Source: Ruditapes philippinarum (taxonomy: Eukaryota). From it: a stretch of DNA of 64,000 bases. Below the pieces are notes generated by a model that worked only from the letters and a program-made list of their open reading frames with translations, was not told the DNA's origin and searched no databases. Location: NCBI RefSeq assembly GCF_026571515.1, contig NW_026856799.1:62001-126000 (forward strand), in the 5' to 3' direction. The position numbers and the translations under genes are program-made. Positions 37,780 through 50,400 of this stretch are shown here, piece by piece. The stretch's first letter is position 1; every line of letters starts with the position of its first letter.

Positions 37780-40700
37780 TCTATTCTGGCAATATGTGAT
37801 CGAATTTACACGTGTCTGTTCAGGAAAGATAGTAATAAGATAACTTGACTAATGAATATACAGACCAGACTATTGTTGTCTTTAACGTTGTAAATCGTTA
37901 CTGATTCCTTTCAAGCAAGTTAATGTGAACATACAGAAAACAGTAGAAATAAGCATGGATCAGCATCATCTCATTTCTACCTTCTTAATGTTTCATGTAT
38001 TTCTCTGTGACTTTGCTTTTAAAATTGTTGTTTATGAATAAAAAATTGTTTGCCCGCTCCTCCTTACTCCACCTTTGTGCTTACTCCTGTTTTAGTTCGA
38101 TGACAACCTGTGCCTTGTGGATTTTCCTGTGTGATTAGGTTTTGTTGGTGTTTGCGTTCAGTGGATGTATTTTCTTGTTGGTCGATGTCCCCACACTCAG
38201 TTATATAACAAATGCCATTCTTAGGCTTACACGATGTTTCTTTATTACCGAGAACATGTTTAGTATAGCCCTGTGTTTACACGTATTAAAGATGTTTAAA
38301 ATTATAAAAAGGAAACATTATAATTTATGTGAGTCTTTATTTGCAATTGTAGCGTATTTAAATTTTTGCGTGTTTTTTTTTCAACAGAAATACTAACTAA
38401 TCATGATTGTTTTGTCAAATAGCCTGTAGCAGATTCTTTAGATTCAGCTATTACTGAATGATGTGGTTCTGTTCATAATATTTTCATGTTATTGCCAGAT
38501 AACTTGAGAGATTGTTTGCCTCAAAGAATAAGTCTCTCTATATAGTTACAAAGCATTCATTAAGAAATGTATAGGTTTGCTTCTAGCGGAAATATTTTGA
38601 TAATGTTGTAAAATTATATTTTGTCCCATCTTGATCTAACACGTTCCGTTTGTATCACAATAAATGTTGTTACGATTCAATTGAAATCCTACGGAACAAC
38701 AACAATCTATAACTATGTGTGCTTGATTAATTGTAACTATATGAAAATATATTTTGTTTTAAAAGAAATTGTAGTCTTTTATTGCATTATTTTATTATGG
38801 AAATAATGTGTATCTTTACAGTGTTTTTTGTTAAAAGCAATATTTTGTAATAATATAAATACGATAATAAAAATATATATCGAATAGTAGCATAAGAAAG
38901 TAGTAAAAATACAGTGGCAGATTAATCACTTGGAGGCATTTAAACAAAGGGAGTATATAAAAATTGTTAAATTGAGTCAATTCATGATGAGCAACATCCC
39001 TCACGACCCTAGCACAGGTTTAAGCGGAATTTAATCTTAAACACTCTATGAGTATAGAAAAAATTCAATCATGAATTAACACGGCTGGAGCCAGAATAAT
39101 GACATATGTTAAGACCTAAAACTTTGAAGTGAAGCAAGGGTAAAATATTTTTAAGGTTAGCTTGGTTCATTTCTTTTTACTTATACAAACATTGGTATTA
39201 ATTTTATACTGTTCAATGATCATAATTGTTTATATAATTTAATAACAAGGCAGTAACTTTGTATTGTCTTTCATAGCCGGCTTCAAAGAGATTTTGCACC
39301 TGCAAGTGGGGATTTCACAAAGGTGAAGATCTTCATTTAATCTTTATTTTAAACAATAAAAGGTCGAAAGCGTTAAATTGTTCACGTAAAATAAATTATT
39401 CCTACCCACTACATTCTTTTTATATAAAGAAAATCAATCATCAGGTAATCTTTTATACAAGTCTTTACTTGGCGGTTTATCTTAATAGACATTTTTTTTT
39501 CTATTTTTGCAATTATATCTGACCAAATTTACACATGTCTGTTTAGGGAAAATAGGAATTAGATAACTTGATTTATGTGAATCAAATTATTTTGAGCAGA
39601 TCTAAGTTTACAGACTAGACTATTACTGTCTTACACGTCTTATTTGTACCTTGTAAATCACTTATTGTTGCTGATTCAAAAAAATCTTACAGGGTCCGTA
39701 CATAAACCATACATATGCAAGATCAGATTGATCTCATTTCTTTTTCCTTTTGTTGTTGTTTTAATTTCTAGATATTTTTCTTTTAAATTCATAATTATTC
39801 AGACCATTTTATACGCCGATCTCCCCAGTTTACTGTGCACGCTCCTGTGTTTCAGTTCCTTTCTAGATACCTTACTGGTAGTTCTTAGTGACTGTGTTTT
39901 GTTCTAGGCTGCGTTAAGTTACCGGGGCCTTGTCTTGTTGATATTTGTTTTCATATTATCTGAAATACGTAGCTGTATATCATGGCCTAGTTAGGATATG
40001 CTCACTTGGTGTACCTTAGGGCAGTTTTTTTTTTTGGTTACCGTAAAAGTTCTTTGTTGCCCTGTGATATTCATATAACGGGATTAGATAAAGGGAACAT
40101 TTTATTAATTTACACAAGAAAAAATCAGTGTTAAAGGAAATTGCCCTACTAAATAGTGTATCAATATATTGTAACGTAATGAACTTCTTGCAAAATAGTA
40201 TGTAGAAAAAACAACAACTAAAAAAAATATTGTTTTCATATAACCCTTATCAAATTCCTTTTTTTTCCAAATAATGAATGTTTTGTTCATTATATTTCCG
40301 ATACAACATGTTAGAATTAGTTTCAGTGATGACAGGTTGCCTGCCTGAAAGAAAATTCGTTTATTAAAAGGCTATCATATCTAGTTGCAAAACAGTTATT
40401 TGAAATATAGAGGTGTGTTTGCTAGCGGCAATATTGTAATAGTGTTATCAAAATAATAACTTTGTTCACAAGAAGGGTCGCTGGCATGTAATTGAAATCC
40501 TAAAAGTTACACCAATTTATAATTTAGAGGGCTTGAATGATATGATTGAATATCTAATCGATATTTGTTAGAAGGAAATCTGGTGTTTTTTATTTAAGAA
40601 ATAATATATCCCAAACTGTGATTTTATCGCTCAAAAACATCACTGTTTGGAGTTCGGATGCGAGGAATTATATCACGAGGGCGTAGCCCGAGTGATATAA

Positions 40701-41350
40701 TGATGCGCATCCGAACGACAAACAGTGATGTTATCCAGCGATAAAATCACCGATTTGGATATATTTTTTCGACTCTAACACGACATAAACAAATAAATGC
40801 TGCCGTATCTGCTATTAAGCAAAATTGCGCCTTATTTGTTTCCGTACTTTTTGTCAGCGCGTCGGATTTTATAGTGGTTACGTTACATGTATAATGATTA
40901 CGTCACATGTCTAAATATAGATCGTCAAACAGTGACTCTATTGCATAATAACACACACTTTCGGTTCTTCAATGTTCAATAGGGAAAAATGCGGGTCGTG
41001 TTAGAATATATGATTTTACAATGCGGATTGTGAGCAATAATTATATAACCTATATAGAAAGACGATAGTCTGTAATAAAGACGGACTATAACGATCAAAC
41101 TAGTTGCATAAGGACAGAGTAAAATATACCACTTTCATTAATGATACAGCAGAATTGTAGTTAGAATTATGCCATTTGTTAAACATAATGTTTGTTTGGG
41201 GAAGCAAGGTTACAATATTTCCAGTTTGAGTTTTATGCCGAATTAACACATATTTTCTTATATCGTTCCAGTGATACATCGACTAAAAATGAAATGAAAT
41301 AATTCTTCTAATTGTTTGCTTATCTATAATTTTATTCACAAAACTAAATA
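37780..41350. repeat. Old tandem duplication, unit ~1.7 kb (37780-39500 ~ 39500-41350)
   Basis: Colinear blocks 'aatttacac.tgtctgtt.agg.aa', 'agataacttga', 'cagac.agactatt..tgtctt', 'ctagcgg.aatatt', 'aattgaaatccta', 'gaagcaagg.ta.aatattt'. Confidence 0.8.
40603..41011. mobile_element. Crypton-like non-autonomous hairpin element
   Basis: ~160-bp foldback (40603-40765) centred on cacgagggcgtagcccgagtg; second IR tctaacacgac/gtcgtgttaga; terminal direct repeat AATATAT; absent at the paralogous site ~38805. Superfamily assignment is from recall. Confidence 0.65.
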
Positions 41351-44300
41351 ATCATATGTGTCAGATGTTCCCAAAAAGACACGTCTAAGACGTGTTGCTT
41401 ACATCAGGTATATTTTTCAACATCATCACGAAAACCTACTTCGCTACTAATTATATCACTTTTTAGAATTTAATGTCAAACAATATTTTTAAAACAGTTA
41501 TAGAGACGTTATTAAAAAAAAGTAAACAGACACGTTGTACTGGAAATTTTAACGCGAGTCTTTAAGAAAACTGTCGCATGCTTAATATTTTGTGAAAGAT
41601 TCAAGTTATCGTTAAGGACTTATAAGCTGCACAATTACCTCCAAAACCCATGGGTTCCTTTATAGATATGCGGACATGATCTGTGACAATTTAATACGTA
41701 TGACGTTAACGAAAAGGAAATGACGTTGAAATCAACTGTTCAAATTTTAAACAATTGATTTCATGTCGCACTAATATATTTTTCATCGATATGAAGACAT
41801 GTGAAAAATTAGAAAATAGTATGACGTTCAAACAATTTCTCATTACCGTCTAAGAATCAGACTAGATTTAAACGCTCTCATAATGACAAACACAGCGGGA
41901 GGATTTTTTGATAGGTAATATAACCCTATATAAACTGATATTTGTAGCCGAACCGTTACATTGCAAATAACTGTTTATATATTTACCTGCAAAAAGCCTA
42001 ACAATCAAGAGCTTGTTAGAAAATATAAAACATACAAACGTCTTTTAAATGTTCTTTTATACTGTCGGTGAAACATACAAAAGTCGATGCTGTTGCTCGA
42101 GAACATGTGAGTGTTCTTTTAAACTGACGGTTTTATCTTTGTGTGATACTAACATGATATCTTTCCTATTTATTGCATCTAAAAATGTCCTTTACAACAA
42201 ATTACCTTATCGTTCTATGCCATTACGTACGTATGTTTTATTAGTCTACTGAATTGCGCTTTTATTATGTGAAAATCTTGTTTAGGCCTAATCTTACGTT
42301 GTTAATATTCACATTTCATGAGAAAGAATACCATAGAAAACAAATTTGATCAATCTGGTAGAACCATGATAACCTCCAGGAAGTATTTCTTTATATGCTG
42401 AAATTAATAGCCAACCTGTTAATCTGGTTGTAAGTATAAAAAATGCAGAACTAACTTATGTAGTTAAAACATGATTTCGCCTTAAAAGATAATGAAAAAA
42501 AAATGAAATACCCGCTTTTTTCAAAATAACAGAGGGTAAGACAAACTATACGCACACATGTCAAAAATGTTACCAGAGTGAGTGAGAAAAAAAATCCTGC
42601 ACAGAGATTCTTTTTAACATGATCCATAAATTGGTACTCATCAATTCATAAAATGAGTTAAAACATGACAATTACATAAATTAAACCTAATTTTGTTATT
42701 TTTTAGTTGGTTTTAAAATTATCCCGTATAAGAAGTCAAAATTAATTGTTAGAAAACCTGTATTTAATTGATTAAAGCTAACAGACTATTGACAAAACAA
42801 TACCAATACAAAAATGAAATTAATGGAAGTGGTTTTAATTTTTTAGCTGACCGTTTTGCACTTTCAATTTCAAGTACATATTCAGATTTCATTCATAATT
42901 TGAAGCTTGTTCTATATACGATTGTCACGACATAAAAAACTCATACTTAAAAGCACATTTTACCTAAGAAATACAGTGTGTTTCATTCTTTAAAAAACGT
43001 AATGTCAAACATGTGTTAAATATTTTTTAAATAATAGCTTTAGATCGTGTAAGATGTTTAAATAAAACTATATAAAAAATAAGCATTTTTAGCACATGAT
43101 TTTGGTTAATTGTCCAATTCGTACAAAGTAATATCATATGACCAATATCAAAATTGTTTTATCAGCGTACATTTAAATATTAGTTTTTAAGATATTTTAT
43201 CTTGAGCACACAATATTTAAGCATCGCGACCGAGATAAGATATATATCTCATTTGTCCGGATTATTTTGAATGTCATAAAAATATTTGCAAAATCATGGA
43301 ATAAGACATGAATTATTTCAATTGATTATTGTCGTTTCAGCAAGCATTTTAAAATCGTCATCCTGCAGAAGTTTTGAAATCGATCTACTCTTTTTAAATA
43401 AGAAAAAGGCAGTCAAACGTTTAAAGGATATCAATATCCAAAACGATATCTGTGCTACAAACAGTTAAGAACCTGGTTAGACTGCACAGATGTGCACGTT
43501 GTCCTTGGTCTGTGGTGGCAAAGACTAATCATTTTCAGTCCCGGCAGGTAATTGAAAGAAATTGAAAACGTTTACTTATCAATTTTACTGGGCACATAGT
43601 TATAACCACACATGATTGTTTAACTATTGGGTTCTGGATTGCATATAAAATATCATATTAGATTTCTTCCCTCCTTGTGATATAGCTTTTATGCCTTAAA
43701 TATATTAATGGTGGGTTAATAAGATAGGACCATAAAAAATTGGGTAAATTGTTATGTTATGTATTTGCTTTTCTATAGATTACAAATATAGCAAAATCTC
43801 TCGAAAACATATCATATTTTAAAACTTTCAAGCAAATTGCAAAGAAACTGATATCTGAAGAAATTGAAACATTTAAATTTTCTAAAGATTATAATCTATC
43901 ATAAGTTCTGTTATCAAAAGTATAATTTTTGATTTTGATTTATCAGACTGCGATATTAATGGCACTTATTTTCTGGGACAATGCCACACAATCATTTTAT
44001 GAACTATGCCTGTTTCGGTATACAAATATGTTATCGAATTATAACCTTTCAAAGAATTAAGTAGCTCATTTTCATTTATTTATGTATCTAGATATCATCA
44101 AACACGCAGGCCAGACCAATGCTCCGTTATTTTTCTTTTTTGCTGGCGTGTTAGTGATTTGTTTATGTTATAAAGAAACGACTGCATTACATAGATCTGT
44201 TCATTACCGTATGATGAATCAGTTACATCGGGAAAACAACACTCATTATTTGAAGTCGATGGGGGCAATTATTTTTTAATTTTTAAGGTTTACAATTTTA

Positions 44301-44611
44301 TATAAGTATTTACTTCTCGAACTACAAGCAATAGCAATAACATACTCGTATATGTGTTGGTACATCAGTTGACAACATGAAGCCTTTTTATACATGTATA
44401 ATAAAGCCATAAATAAATATGCAATAATGTCGTTGCATCAATGCTGACTATCATATTATAAAAATAACATTTGACAACTTTATTTATTACCTTCCAATAT
44501 GACAACATGTTTCATGTACTTTTCTGCTTTGTTTATCTTATATTAGACATTTGATTACCTGCTAAATTTGTAAAATATGCCCCGACACTCATTTAATGAT
44601 TTTTAGCAGCT

Positions 44612-47600
44612 CCAAGGATTTATTTATTCATCATTTATGAACCTTAAAATTGTTTTTTTTTGTGAGAAACTTAGACAAAGGTTTATAAATAAACAGAACA
44701 ATACGACGCCTCAGAATGTTTTAGTTTATACAGTCATGTCTGGTAGTTTGACATGATTTCCAAAGAACGACCTCACGCAATAGAATGATTTTAGTGATGT
44801 ATTGAAATAGGTCATTTGCCTCAAAAACATGACCGACAATCAATATGTATTGTTATTTTAATTGACCTCCTCTGTAAATGGTGCTATTACTCGATGGATA
44901 TGACAAAAATGCTTTATAGTTGACAATTACAGGCAATCTAATAGAGTCAAATCATGACAGACAGCAATGAACAGAGTAACATGTCTTGTGTCCCTAATAA
45001 CAGGTCAATCAGTATAGAATCTATAAGACGCGTGAATAATCAGTTAAATTGTAGAAGCCCTGATGCATTAGTATTTCTTTTCGTTTTTTAACTCGTTTTC
45101 GTACTTTTGAGGTTTGAAAGTAACAAAAAGATGTGTAAAATTATCAACAAATCATTGTAGTCCTTGGTTGAAGAGAAGAAGATGTAAGATTCCATGACTT
45201 TAGTTTTTGAAGTGATGATGGAAAACTTTTTAATTTTAATTTCAAAATTTCTTCCTAACATTAAGCGTCGCTGCGTCTTGTGAACGTTGCCTTTGCCTTG
45301 TTGATCTTAATTCTTGTCTTTTATCTTTGTTCACATCAATGTACAAAAGAAATGAAGTGCACATTTTTCATGCAATATAATGAACGGAAGAAAGCGGATG
45401 TATTAAATCTTTTTTCCTTGTACACATGCTTTTGCAGATGCACAAAACACATGCTTTAGCACTCTATTACTTTTGAACTCCGTTCTTGTATCCTTCTTGG
45501 GATCCAGTGTTTTGAAAGGCATTTTGTAGATGTAAAGTTAACATTTTTTGCAAGTGTTTGATATATTCCCGTCTCACATCAAAGCGAGATATAAGATTCT
45601 AATATTTGTAGTATATTTGTAAACTATTCGTTTTACTACTTATAACTTGAACGAAACTGTAAATTTGATGTTTTCGTCTTCTTTGTCTTTTGTTAATTTA
45701 TCATCTGTTTTATTTATTCATTTATGTTTTATATTTTAATATTTTTTTTTATTTATTTAAGGTATGTGTTGAGGTTATTTCAGCTCAATTAATAATTTTG
45801 CTCTTAAACATGTCATACAACTTATAAAACAGGCATTAGCTTTACCTTATATGTCAGTAGATAAATGATAGATGGACATAACGATTGAAAACTGTGGTAA
45901 TAAAAAATATGTTGAATATTTAATTTAGAAAAGACAGACCACATCATATCAGCTGTGTTTATGTGAATGAAAGTTGTCGGTGGTATCGTTCCGTGACAAT
46001 TGCTTTCTCTTCTTGATATTTGTGTTAATCTTTTAGCCTTTATAACCCTGGTTGTATGCCGATCTTGCGCTGATTTAACAATACAAGTTAATGTCGTGTC
46101 ACGTAAGCTGATAATATTCTGCTGAATCACGTCCACTGATATTTTAATAAACGTAGACGTGACCTAATTCCTAAAAAAAAATAATGTACCTGTACTGAAC
46201 ATTCGTAAGGTCAAATCTTCTTTTTTAATGCATTTTAACGTTTGCTGAATAGAGAATGCAAATGCCAGCAACGTTTACACACTCATTTTTAAAAAAATGG
46301 ATATATCTTACATTCTATAAAGACATTCAAATAAAATGCCTCTTAAATGCCTGCTACAATTTTAAAAAAAAAGTTTAAGATAATAAAATTTATTTATTTA
46401 TTTATTCATTTATTTATTCATTTACATGTCTGTTTGGTTTTGTTTGTTTGTTGCACAACATATTTAACGTATTTAAAAACCGACACAACTATCCTATCCT
46501 TATGCCCACTTTATTAAGGGAATTCGGAGTATATGGTGGAAACTTGTGATTTAAGAATTGTGAAGTTTTCATTTCTTTCTTGTTGTGGTAATGATGTTTA
46601 TTTTTAAAAAATCACATCAATGAAAAAGATCTGGAAAAAAGAAAATTCCTCAGAACATTTGAAGACCAAAACTAAATAAAAGAAATGTCCAAACTCTGTT
46701 ATGCATAAACAGTAGATACGATGAATCATTGTAAAAGCAATATAAAAAAATAGATATTCATTACAATAAATTGTAAACCAAAACTTCATATGTTAAAAAT
46801 AAAAAAAATGATTGAGTATATTAAGTGAATACAGTAATAACTCTTGATATGTGTTAAATCTGTTACTCTGTAGTCTTTGAAGTCATATTAAAACTTGTTT
46901 GTTGTGAACTGTCATTGAGCTATTCTTCTGTCAATTTTGTAATGTTTAGAAATATCAATGTTCCGTTTCATGCTTTTGAATATTTCTTCCGGAAATCGAG
47001 CATCATTCATTATTGTACGCATCAATTAACAATAATTATTAATTTCCGTCGATGTTTATTAAACACATTAACAACGCTGTTTTGTAATGGTTTTCTACTG
47101 ATAAATTGATTATATCCAACAATTATGACTGGTTTATGAGAACGCGTACAGTTGTTCTATATGGCTTGACATTAAATGTGTCGTCCTTGTGTTAAATCAT
47201 TTTATGGGTTTTAAAGGAACCAACATTGTCATGGAACTCAAAGGATAATTTACAAGTAGGATTTAGAATAATTAGTAAGCACAATTATAGTAAATGCATG
47301 AGAAAAAAGAATGTGCTCTCAATCAGAAACTAATTATATGTCTTTGATTTTAAATAATCTATTCAATTATTTTGACTTAAAGTTTAGACTGAGTACTGAT
47401 TTAAATTTGCATAATTATGTGCATGATCTGTATATATAGAAATATCGTTTAATTGATTTTTTTTTCAATACATTGTTGAATCAAGTACTAACAAAATAAT
47501 ACTTTTTACGAAGACTATCTTTCCAGAGGCATACATTACTTTGACAGTATTACACATAAAGGGAATCACACATGCTTATCAGTGTGTAAAATGAAGAATC

Positions 47601-49275
47601 ATTTGAAAAATGTCAAGCGATTGATCAAGCTTCATTTGAACAATATATATTGAATACTTTAGCAATTATAAATCGTGTATGGTTCTAAGGCAATGATACC
47701 AAAAACAGTTGCATCCGGGAACATTATTTCAGGAATACCGTGCCGCCAAAGTGTGTCTGGTTTATATCTGAAAAGTCAATATAAGTATTTTGAATAAAGG
47801 ATGTACATAATAATACAACAATTCAATCAACATTAGATTATAAGATCCAGATTTTACAGAACAGTTTGTGTTATAGATTATAAATCTTTTTCAATCAGAC
47901 GCTTGCGTGTTATGAGATCAGATTAATCGTTTACTTTTATGTTACTCCGACATTATTTAGAAAAAATGGTTTGTGAAATATCTAAGCAGACCAATTTAAA
48001 GCATTATTATCATGAACATAGTATTGATCGATGAATCAAAAGCCTGTATCACATGTTCTAATACAATATAACACAAAATATTCATTAAACGATTGTAGTA
48101 TAATTTCGTTTAACAATTACCTTTAAATCTCCTCCTTTCGAAGAAAAATGTGGCGTTATTGCCAGGACACCTTTAGTCGGCTTTGATATGACATAGACGT
48201 CGGCGTGGTTTACCTTTTCGTTAAGGTCCATTTTCTAAAATCTATTCACCTAGATTTTTGCATACCTGATTGTTGTCAATAATAATGCCATTTTAAAAGA
48301 GCAGATTGTCCGTTAAAATCTTAATTTGGAAAGTAATGACCCCTTTCTACCTTTCTGTTATATAACTATCCAGACCTGAGAAAGGTAGAGCGCGATGTCC
48401 ACGGACAAGCTTCTGTGATATGTAAATAGCTTTTATGACAATTATAGGACGTAATTATGTTCACGGTGTAAAACATGTAGTTGAAATCATAGCCGAGCAA
48501 TATAAAACAGGATGATTTACATAATCTTTAAGATTGTAAGATAACTCTGACACTACAAGGGGTATACTTTCCTGTGTCCAAAACCTATTCGGGGATCATC
48601 ACCCGGTTCAACCGGTTCTTTATAATATTTATTATATATATTTATAATATAGTTTCAATTTTGACAGTACTCAAATATTGACGAATAAACACATTTTTAC
48701 CTATTTTAGTCAGTTTGCTAGGGCCCCTTTATTTATAAAAGTGTTACTCATAAGTTTTTTTTGGTATAATAAGAATTGTTTAAATATAATCCAAGCATTC
48801 ATTGGGTGTGAATTGGGAGTGTATAAGGTTTATGTTCTCGATAGCACTTAATTGTAAAAAGTGTTGACGTTGACGTACCTGTCAGCGTCGGTTAACCTAT
48901 TCATAAAGGTCCATTTCTCAGAAGAAACTATTCACTTAAAGATTGTACGCACTTGTAATGTTTAATGTCATTAAAGCAAGACATTTCAAAAGTGCAGATA
49001 TTCCTAAAATCATTTTTGGCAAAGTGATGTCACTTTTTCTACCTTTCGTTCCGTAAGCTAGCTGGATAGCTTGTACTTCTAATATATTACCCATTTTGAC
49101 AGTACTTAAATATACACGAATAAACTTTACAAATTTTTACCTTCTGTAAGCCAATTTTTTAGGGCCCCTTTATTCATTAAAGTGTTCCTCATAAGTTTTC
49201 TTTGGTATAATAAGAAATATTAAAACATTCACGGGAGTGTATAAACTTTATGTTCTCTATAGCACTTAATTGATA
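44612..49275 (+). repeat. Segmental duplication, copy I (modules A 44612-45478, B 45484-46395, C 46395-48130, tail to 49275)
   Basis: Long direct matches to 51286-52158, 52851-53693, 56097-57750 and 59345-59700. Confidence 0.92.
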
Positions 49276-50309
49276 CAAGCACCTATTACATCGTGTCCAT
49301 ATACTTATCTAATTGCTAAATAACACTTTAACACATAAGTGCTTCAATTGTGCCAATGTTATGACGCTGCCCTCTTAAACCCCAATACAACTCACTTCAC
49401 TAATAGCAGCGCTACTTCAAAGAAAATGGAATTCGTCTTCTATAACGAACTGCTTTTGTCATCTTTAGTGGTATTATCCAAGAAAGAAATTCTGCGAATT
49501 TAATCCCTTTTATATCGGATTGTCTTCTAAAGACTATTTGATCTCATTGTTGCAAGGAAAAAATACAAGTCTTCAAACTAACAAAAGAAAATGCATAATT
49601 ATGATGAAGAAAATTATATCAATAAAATATATTTGATGAAATTGAAAGGCTTCAAATAAAAACCTTTAATAAGATAATTGTCTTCATACGCGTATCACCA
49701 ATTATCCAATCAAAGTAGAACACCTGGCATTGTTCTTTCACATCAATTAAATACAAAAGTGGTTATTTAGTCAATAGAACCACTATGTTTAAATTACATA
49801 GGGTTTTAATACTTCATAAAGCGAAAGTGTTTAAATAGTATTCACGTCAGAACATTTGTCTTACTTTGAATAGAACGATCAACTTTATGATAAAATGACA
49901 TTAGACTTTAGTACTTCATATACCAAAGATACAAATACATGTAAAAAATGAGTGCTATAATTTTGCCTAGTTATAACATATTGCTAGAACTTATCAGCAC
50001 TTCGGAATACCCTTATGCAACACATTTTATATGTGATTGACAAATAGGCAACCTCTGAATCAAATAGGTGAAGATTGTTATGAAACGGTTGTAAGTCAGA
50101 CAATATTTGCATACATTTTTATTATCACGTTATCACGTGACTCACGTGAGAACAAGGTCTGTTGATAGAAAATCTACTGTGTGTGATTTAAATGTAAATC
50201 TACTGATTTTATTAATACATTGCATGAACGTGCGTTTTTATCTTGGCTACTTGACGTTTGTTCTGTTTTGCTGGATTTTGTAAGGGTGCATTTATTTAAT
50301 GTCACCTTT

Positions 50310-50400
50310 ACGTCGGTGGTTCTACTCAGGTACCCGTTCGTGCCTGAAATAATGCATGGAAGGGCACCTGATGTCTTTCTCCACCCAAAACAAACAAACA
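50310..50400 (+). mobile_element. SINE central-domain fragment with (AAAC)n tail
   Basis: 'cgtcggtggttctactcaggtacccgttcgtgcctgaaataatgcatggaagggcacctga'. Confidence 0.75.

Noticed and set aside
38636-40500. EGF- or fucolectin-like 'GFQL...C' exons after a conserved AG on the minus strand
   Set aside because: The frames close within 17-34 codons and the two copies do not align as protein beyond four residues.
45822-46136. 104-aa ORF in module B
   Set aside because: The paralog at 53.2-53.5 kb has indels that break it; no recognisable domain.
46912-47010. Minus-strand micro-ORF MNDARFPEEIFKS... in module C
   Set aside because: The other three copies stop after 11 codons.
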